From Candidatus Omnitrophota bacterium (GTDB lineage: Bacteria; Omnitrophota; Gorgyraeia; Gygaellales; Profunditerraquicolaceae): a stretch of 64,000 nucleotides of DNA. Numbering within the stretch: position 1 is the first letter of the stretch; each line of letters starts with the position of its first letter. The DNA lies in assembly GCA_028717245.1 (NCBI GenBank), contig JAQUOD010000002.1, forward strand, positions 140,772-204,771. Reading direction: 5' to 3'. A program made the translations under genes and the position numbers. The notes below the pieces were generated by a model, which was not told where the DNA came from, searched no databases, and was given only the letters and a program-made list of their open reading frames with translations. Shown one piece after another: positions 54,001 through 63,000 of the stretch.

Positions 54001-57000
54001 TACCAGGTGCATTAAAGGAAGCAAGGCGCCTCTATCGTGAAACAATAGAGGGCGACTTAATAAATGAAGGATATCCAGAGCCCATCGCTATTGTGGCAGC
54101 CAGGGAGAAGAGCCCGCGGGGATTAGCAGAAAGCCTGAAAAGCCAGATGCAAAGGGAGTCAACGCCTTACGGCGTGATTTTAGATAAGGCGCCTCAACAG
54201 GCAAAGGGTGCCTTGCGCGAATTTTTACTCGCGTTCTTAGAGAATAAGAATCCTGACTACATCCAATTTTTTGAAGGTTTGACAAAAACAGCCACTCCTA
54301 AAGCTATGACTGATGAGGTACGCAAAATTTATTCGACCGATTCGGAAATATTGAAAGAGTTTTTAGAAAAAGAAACCACAGGCCAATTTAGAGAATTAGT
54401 TAAAAATGTTGTTCGCCCGAATCTTCCTCAAGGGTTAATTTCATTAGTCCTGATACTCTTTCTTTCTGTAAGCCTCTTCTTTAGCGCTTGCAAGCCAGTC
54501 GGCCCACCAGCAGTTTCTAATAATCCTACCTCAACGCCTCCTGTTGTATCTACGCCCAACGAGCCGGAAATATCTTTAACTGATGCCCAGGAATGCAATA
54601 GTAAAGGTGTTGATTTGGTTGAGGCCAGAGATTATAAGAATGCAAAGAGATATTTTGAGAAGGCCATTGAACTCGACCCTAATTTTGCCGAGGCATACGC
54701 AAATATAGGAACGCTCTACGGTGAATCAACGGAATATGAGATGGCTATTGAATATCTCAATAAAGCAGTTTATCTGGATCCTAATTCAGCCGTTGCCTAC
54801 GCAAACTTGGGCAAGGCCTGGCTAAACTTAGCGAAATTTCCGGGAGATGTCAATCATGCGGTAAAATATCTTACCAGGGCCATAGAATTAGACCCTCGAT
54901 ATAAGGATGCCTATTACGATTTAGCTATTGCTTATAGGATAATAAAAGATTATGACCGGGCAGAGGGAGTTTTGCTTAAGTTAATTGAGAATAGGCCCGA
55001 TGATGCCAATGCCTACAAGAATTTGGGCGCGGTATATGTTAAGAAAGGCGATTTTCAGCGTATCGAAGTAGGCGATTTTATTCAGGCAGTAGAAGATTAT
55101 AAAAAGGCAATAGAGTATTTCCAGAAGGCAGCGGACCTCGATCCAAATTTACGGGATATTGTAGAATATAATATCAAGCAAATTAGGGAATCGATAAATT
55201 TAATGTGCCCCCAGGCGCATAATCCGATAGACTCATTACCGCTTGCCTTGATGGCGGCTGGCGTTGTTCCTCTGGGAGTAAGAGGAGGGAAAAAGAAAAG
55301 AAAAGAAAAAATCATTGGCGAGAGAGAAGAAAGATTCTTTGTTTTTCAAGGCGAACTTAGCAGATTTATCCGAATAAGCGCCGAGAAATTTAAGGCGATA
55401 ATCTTGGAATTACAGCCATATAAGCCACTGGTTGAAGAACAAAGAAAAGAAATCGGGGAATTCTTAGAAGCCTTAGGAGAAATTGGCAGTTTAAGAGAAG
55501 ATTATTTGATGGAGGAAGATTATCCTTATATCTGCGATGGTTATGCGAAGAGAATGGTAGGGATTCTAAGAAGATACGGGCTGAGTGCTGAAGAGGAAGC
55601 CCGGCAATGGCCGGAATTAAAGCCGATTATGGAAGAGTTTGTAAAGAAGTTTGGAGAAAAGATTGAAGTTTATTCTGAACACCATTTTGTCCGGTGCAGA
55701 ATTGCCGGGTACGATTTCATTCTTGATATTACTGCTGACCAGTTTGAAATAAGAGACCTGACAGGTAGATACCAGCAATTAGGCATTGTGGTTTTGCCAT
55801 CGGTCATTGCTCAGAGAAATCCTGCAAGATTCTGGATGTATAATTGCAAGTTATCTGAATCATTTGCCGAAGTTCTTGAAAAAGACAGGCCGATTATGCT
55901 TGAAGCGTTTTGTGATATCCTAAGAGTCCTTAACGAAGGGGCAAAAGCGAGGTTATCTACAATTTTGTGGCCTGCAGTTAGAGCTTCAATTAATAAATTA
56001 AATCAGAGGGAATTACCCAATGAAAAGGAAATTTTTCCGAACCAAGTTAGAGAATATCCAGGTGACCCATGGGGCATCCTGCCTAATAAAGGCTCGACAG
56101 CGGATTTCTTGAAGGATTTATGGAAATTTAGAGATATCCTGAAAGATTATCCGATAATTCCTGCTCAGCGGGGTCAAATAGAAATTGCCAATAGCGAAAC
56201 AATAATATGGAGGCGGTTGCATAAAACAAGAGGGGCTCCGCAAGGCTTGCCTTTTAGCCGCGAAACTTTAAGGCAAGAAATACTCGCCGCCCAAATATTA
56301 GGTTTTCTCGACGAAAACCATAAAATTACCCCTAAGCTCCTGAATCTCACCCATGAGCAGTTAAATGAAATCTGCAATATTCCCAAATTAACCCAGTCTC
56401 CTATTAGGGTAATCAACTTAAGGAGAAGGCCAAAAAGACTTCTGATAGAAATTGATTTCGCCATTTTTGGGTTTGGCAAGATAAATCCAAGAGTGAGGCA
56501 GTTAGCCATCCAAGTCATTGCCGCAGGAAAAGAGTTAAGCCGGATTACGGATGAGGAGGCCAGGCAGGATGTTGAGGATTTAGTTCGGCTTTATCAGGGG
56601 ATGAAAATAGATGAATTCCTGCAAAATAGTTTTGACAAATTATCTGCAGAAGAAAAATTGGCGTGGTTAAGAGCGCTTATAGAAAAGAGGAAAACAGAAA
56701 TAGAATCATTGGATTTTCGCAGGCTTGCATCTGGTGGGGTTGATTTGGCAATCTCTGCGTTATTCCGGGCCTATAGGGATAAGGAAGTGAAGGAGCCTGT
56801 AAAAGGGATGCTTAAAGATATTCTTTTTTATAAATGCAGGGGCCCGATTGAGCCAATTACTGCAAATAATGTTGCAATCTACCTTGAAGAATTATCTAAA
56901 ATGTATGAGATTTACCAGCCGTATAAAATCACGAAAGAGACGTTAAAAGGCACAGCCACAGTTTTGACGAGTTTCTTATTTTATTGGGGAGGCAATATTT

Positions 57001-60000
57001 ATGTCTTCAGCTACGAGAAGGACGGCGAGATAATGCATACTCTCATTGATTCAGGCGATAGGCAGCATAGGCCACGCATATTAAGATTATTGAGAGAAAA
57101 CGGAGTTGAGCCGGCCAATATTGAGAAGATTATTTTGACCCACCACCATTTCGACCATAGCGGTTTGGTTAATGTTCTCTGTTTGGTTTCTGGTGCGAGG
57201 GCCTTGGTTCATCCTAATTTTAAAGACATAGTTGAAGGCAGAATAGTTGATTATGAGGTTACGGCGAAAGCGGCAAGTAGGCTTAAGGTAGAATATTTGT
57301 TTTCCGCTGGCTACCAAAGAAATATAGGCGGGGTTGACTTCCCTGCTTTTAAGGCGGTTGATATCGGAGAAGGGGTAACTTTAGAGATAATCGGCCTTCC
57401 TAAAGCTGAATTGTTCCATACCCTTAACCAACTCTGCTGTATATTTACACCTAATGCCCCTTTTAAGCCCGCGGATGAGATGATTTTTTCCGGAGACCTC
57501 TGGTTGAAGGAGCCCCCGGGTATTCCAAAAAATATTTCATTTTATTCACCGCACATTTTTGAATGGATAAAAGAACTCAGGCGTGGCTTTGATTTTCGCC
57601 CGCAGGACCGAAGAGCAAAGGATGCGCTTAAGAAAGGTTTTAGCCTTATCGAAGTAAAGCCCGGCCACGGCGGACCATTTTTAGGCACTACAATAATCGG
57701 CACGCTGCTTGCCCGCCGCGACATCTTAGTAAAATTGGGTTTTGGCGAAAATGCGGATAAAGCCATATTGGATAAAGAAGATATGGTTCTCAAGATAAAG
57801 GAATTAAAAGAAAAGGCCTACCAGGGTTTTATTAAAGAATTAAAATTCTGGCAGAGGCCTCTTATAGAAACAGGATGGTCCGGTTATAGCGTTGAGGAGA
57901 TATCCGGCTTTTTACTGCGGGTATACCAGGAGCAAAGCGGCGGGGGAGAATTAGTCGGAGAAGACAGAAAGGAAAGGAGAATTGACCTTAAGGATAAATT
58001 ATGGAGATTAAAAAGCGATGAGCAGCAGCTAGTAGAGTTACGCCAAATAGCCGAATCCTCATTAGCAAAAATTGAGGGGCTATTAACGCCGCGCAAACCT
58101 GATTTTAAATCCGATGAGGTTGCAGAAGATTGTAATCCCTTTAATTCGCTGGGTGGTAGAGCACATACACACCATCCGGAAAATAGTTTGTTTCCTGACC
58201 CAGTTGGCTTTGACCGCTGGGGTAATCCTTCGCTGCGCTATCGGGATGGAGCAAGAAAAAGAGGGCCAAGGCAGGATGATATGGAGCCATGTCTTGAAGT
58301 AACAATTAGAATTGACGAGGAATTTCGAAAGAAGGCGCAGGAGATCCTTGGCGAGGGTTATAAGAGAAGGGCTAAGCAACCGCTTAACCTTAACCCCCCT
58401 GAATTAGAGATGCTCAGATTTATTATCGATGGCGACAAGGCCAAAACCAAAGAAATCCAGTCTAAATCAGATAGTTCTCTTTCAAGATACCTGAAAGGCA
58501 TATTGGAAGATTTGAGAACAAATAACCGTATCCACGCAGTAATATTAGGTATAGCTTTAGGCGCAACCGGAGCCGAGGAAATCAAGTTTTTCATTAAAAA
58601 AGAGCCTCAGCGGGAATTGACTAAGCATGAGCAAGAGATACTGATACTGATTGCCAGAGGATACAGCAGGAAAATGATAGCCGCTAAATTAGGTATCCGC
58701 CAGCATAGAGTTAAAATAGAAATTAGAAAAATATGCGATGATTTTGGTATTTATATTAAAGCAGACAGCTCTGCGTCGCAAATGCAAGCAGTATTAATTG
58801 CGCTCTGGAAGGGACTGTTTAAAGATAAGGATTTAATTAAAGAGATAGGCTCAGAAGAAAAACCGGAGCAGCCATCGGTGAATGAGCCGCAGTTGGAAGA
58901 GGAATTTAAAAGAAAAATCTCGCCTGAATTAGCCGAATCACTTTACGCACTGACAGGCAGGGGAAACAATATCTGGGAGGGCGCAATAAACAAATTGACG
59001 CACGGACAAGTTGTTCAATTAAACAAGATACTCAGTTCACCCGGCCTGGTTGATCCTTTATTAATTCATCTTTATTTAGTCAGCTATTTTAAAAGAAATC
59101 GCAATACTAACGATCAGGGCTTGGCATTAATATTATTGGAATATCTCGTTGATAATTTTAATAACGAAGAGGAATTATTAGGACAGGCCGGAGTAAATAA
59201 GGAATATTTCCAGCAACTAAAGAAGCTATCCCGGTTTGAGCAATGGTCAAGAATGATATGCGGCAGCGGTAAAAAGCGTTATAGCCTTGATGAAATCGCC
59301 ACCAGAAGCGGGGTGGATAAAGATTTTATTGAAGCCAATAAAGATATTATTCAAAGGCATATCTTATGGATGCAGAAGCTTGACTGGGTAGCTGCATGCA
59401 GAGAAAGGATCCAAGACGATGGTAAAGCCAAGGGATGGACTAAAGAGCAGCTGCGTCAAAAACTAGGGGTTCCTTATGATAGGGTTATAGGGTTGGCATG
59501 GACAGGGGGGATATGGGCCGTTAATGTGCGCAAGGCCGCTGACATATTTGAACGAGAAGCAGCTTTCTTTATGTACGGTGGCGCAGAAAATAACCTGCTG
59601 GAAAGGTTGCCCTTTAACAGGCGGATCGAGTTCTTTAGGTATAAGGAAGGCTGGAGCCAGGAAGAGCTCGCATCGCAATGCCGGGTTGCCACTATGGAAG
59701 TAAAGCGCTGGGAGAATGGCGTATTCATCCCTGCGCCTGAAATGATGTTGCGCTTAGCCGAGATATTCAACGTAGAAGTAAGCGAGCTTATGTATGGTTT
59801 AAAACATGCCGAAGCGCTGAAAGGATTACCTTTCTGCAAACAGATTGAATTGTTAAGGTATGAAAAGGGATGGACCCAGAAGGAGTTAGCGTTAAAGTGC
59901 GCAGTTGGCACTACGACCGTAAGATATTGGGAATATGGAATGAGTTCCCCTAATCTTCAGTACAGGCAAAGGTTAGTGAATATTTTAGGGGAAGAAATCA

Positions 60001-63000
60001 TCGATGGCGAAGAATTCAATAGCGACGGAACGCGTAAAATGCCCGATAAAGATACGGGGAGGGATGAGATTGAAGAAATCATTAAGTTAGGCGAGAAGGG
60101 GATAATCGCTTTACATAAAATGCTCAGGCCCGAAAGCAAAGGCGGTATCAGCCAAAATCAGGCAGGGCTTAGAAAATACATTTGGGAGAAGATAATCGCT
60201 TATTCTTTCGGGGGCGCGAAAAATATCCGTTTTATCAATAAAGATAAATTGCCTCGCGGTGCCGCATATGAGCGCTATAAAGGCTTAGGGCATATAGTTT
60301 TAAAAGGCCGCCTTCCGCCTCGTAGCGGCAGTTTAGACGCAGGGAGGCATTGGGTTGAATTTGAGGAATACGCGGATGTCGGCGCCGGAGCAGATTATTT
60401 ATTAGAAATGAACGACGGAATTCCGGTTAGGATATTCTTTTCTAAAGATTGCTCTGCCTTTGAGCTCTTACCTATTATTGACAATAAGGCAGGGCAGGTT
60501 ATCAGGGCCCACCGCGGAAAAATAATGAGGGTTGAATTCGCTAAATATGGATATGTCACTACATATACATACTCAACCCGCCTAGAAGGTCTCGTTGAAA
60601 TTGGCGGGGGCAGGCCGATGTATAACGGCCAGATGCCTAAGAAAAATAGGCCCTGGACAAAATTCAAGGATCATCCTGATGAAAAGATAAGGTTAACAGT
60701 CAAAGGAGGTTTAGTTGTAAGATGCACTTCCTTAGAATCAGATTTGGATGAAGAGTTCTTTTTAATCTGGCATAAACCAACGCAGCGTTATACGACTATC
60801 TTTACGCGGTCAAATGCGGACGAATTTAACCAATTAGGCCCGGATTACGAAGTTTATCGTAGTTTAAACAAGAATGGTTCTTTATATGCAGGGGCCGAAG
60901 AACCGGTAATGAAATTTAACCCCAAATACGCTTATAAAACGGCCAGAGCGTATGATATCCGTAATCCCACAGGTAAAAAGGCCTTTGTTGTAGGAGCAGA
61001 GGTGGTAGAAGGAGACAAGGTTTTAGCCAGAAAGAGCCTTCATTTGATTTATGAGGTCCCTGAGAATAGGCCCGAAAAATCTTTTGCCAAAGCAGATATA
61101 TTCGCTGCCTTTGAAAAGTGGAGTGAGGATAAATTATTACGTCCGGATGGAACAAAATTAGGCACTTATATTATTGCTGAGATTAAAACTGATAAGAAAG
61201 GTTTTTTAAGGGCAGATGGGTATTGGAGCGTGTTTAGCCATTATCCCGAGGCAGAAGTTGAGGCAAAGGTTATAAACGGGGACAAGTGTTTTGTAAAGTT
61301 TATCAAAGATAAACAAGGCAATCCTATTTTGAATATAGAAGGTAAACCATTAATTATAGATATCAGGCAGGATATAAAAAGTCAGATGAAAGGCATACGC
61401 ATTAAGCCCGTTATTGAGCCAGGAAAACAAATGCCGGATAAATCAGCGAAAAGAGAAGATACGCCGGAAGAGAAGGGAAGCCCATCGTCTGAAGAAGTGA
61501 AAATCCGGATGCAGAGGATCCCTGAGTTAAAAGCCTATCCAAGTCTGATGGTAAAATATGCATTACAAAGAGATGGGACTTCTGATGAGGTATTGTTAAA
61601 AATAATAAGGCTGCTTAATAGTATAAGGGGGGCCTTAATTAAAGAACAAGGCTGTGAGGAGCAGTTGGCTACTATATTGGCATGTTGTTGCGATGAAGAC
61701 CCCAAGAAAGCAATTGCAATGTTTATTAACGGGATTACTTTTGAAGAGGCGTATAAATTAGCCGAAACTAAAATTATGCCCGCTCTCGGTTCTGCAGGCG
61801 TAGGAACTGGCAGCCAATTAACGAGCCATAAAGTTGTGAGAGAAGAGCTTAAAGCCGGTAGGCCCCATAATCCTGCGCAACCAGTAGAGAGTAAGCCGGC
61901 CGCGAAAGAAGAGCCCAAAGTGCCTGTTTCTGGTAGCGTTGTTCAGTTAGAAGAAGAAAAAAGCTCGCCAAGGCAGCCAAAGATTGGTGATACGGTTAGC
62001 TACAATGGTTACGGCAGAGGAGTAGTTACCAGAATTGGAAATGATGAACAATACGGGCTCTCAGTCAGGGTTGAATTTGAGAATGTAAATGTAGGAGTAA
62101 AAAATTTAATCTGGGAAATTGCTGCAAGAAAAATTACCTTTGAACATACGGAGGTAAAAGCCGCGGATAACACAGGGAATGTAAGTAATGGCGGTAAAAT
62201 CCCTCCTGGGCCTCATCCGGCGAGTCCGTCAAGTGTGGCATCCCTGGAAAGATTGAAAGACGATATCGCGCGCATAAATGCCGCATACGCGCAAGGCACC
62301 GAAAAACCGGAAGAAGAGGAAGAGGAAATCGCCTTGCAGGAAGATGATGAGGATAATAAAGCGCCAAAAGATAAGCCAGTAGCTGATAAAACGCTAATCG
62401 AAGATTGCGTCCAATCTTTTTCTGAATTAACCGGCATCAAATCGGAAACATGGCGAAGAGCGATAGGATGGCTCACGCCCAAAGACATAACTGAATTAAA
62501 TAAAATTATGCTTGGCTCAGTTGTAGTTTTTGGCCATCTGAAGGTTTCTTTCTTACTTTTTCAATTCCTCCAGGACATAGAAAATGATGATTGGAGTTCG
62601 TGCCTCATGGCCTTACGTTATCTTGCTGTGGGGGCATTAAAGGAGGGGCTTATTGAAGAGGAAGACCGGCAGGATTTTGAAATGTTCAAGAAGCTATGCT
62701 TATGGGAAAAAAATGAGAAAATAATCAGCACAGAGAAAAGCAAAAGGTATACTACTACCCAAATTGCCCAGATGAGCGGGGTTAATGAAAATTATGTAAA
62801 CCGGTATAAGGACGCGGCCCGCAGGTTTATCTTGTGGATGCAGCGGATGGGTTTGGATAAGGTTTCCGGGATAACAGCAGGAACAGGGGCAGGATTAGCA
62901 TTATTATCTAAGAGTGAATTAGATGCATTAAAATTAGTTGCCCAAGGCTATGCTACTTTAGATATTGCAAGATCTTTAGGCTTAACGAAGAAAACTGTCC

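Noticed and set aside
54307-55150. Possible independent lipoprotein gene: in-frame ATG, signal peptide, lipobox, TPR domain.
   Set aside because: No in-frame stop separates it from upstream coding sequence, so as DNA it is part of the giant ORF. I kept it only as a finding about a possible fossil gene boundary or internal initiation.
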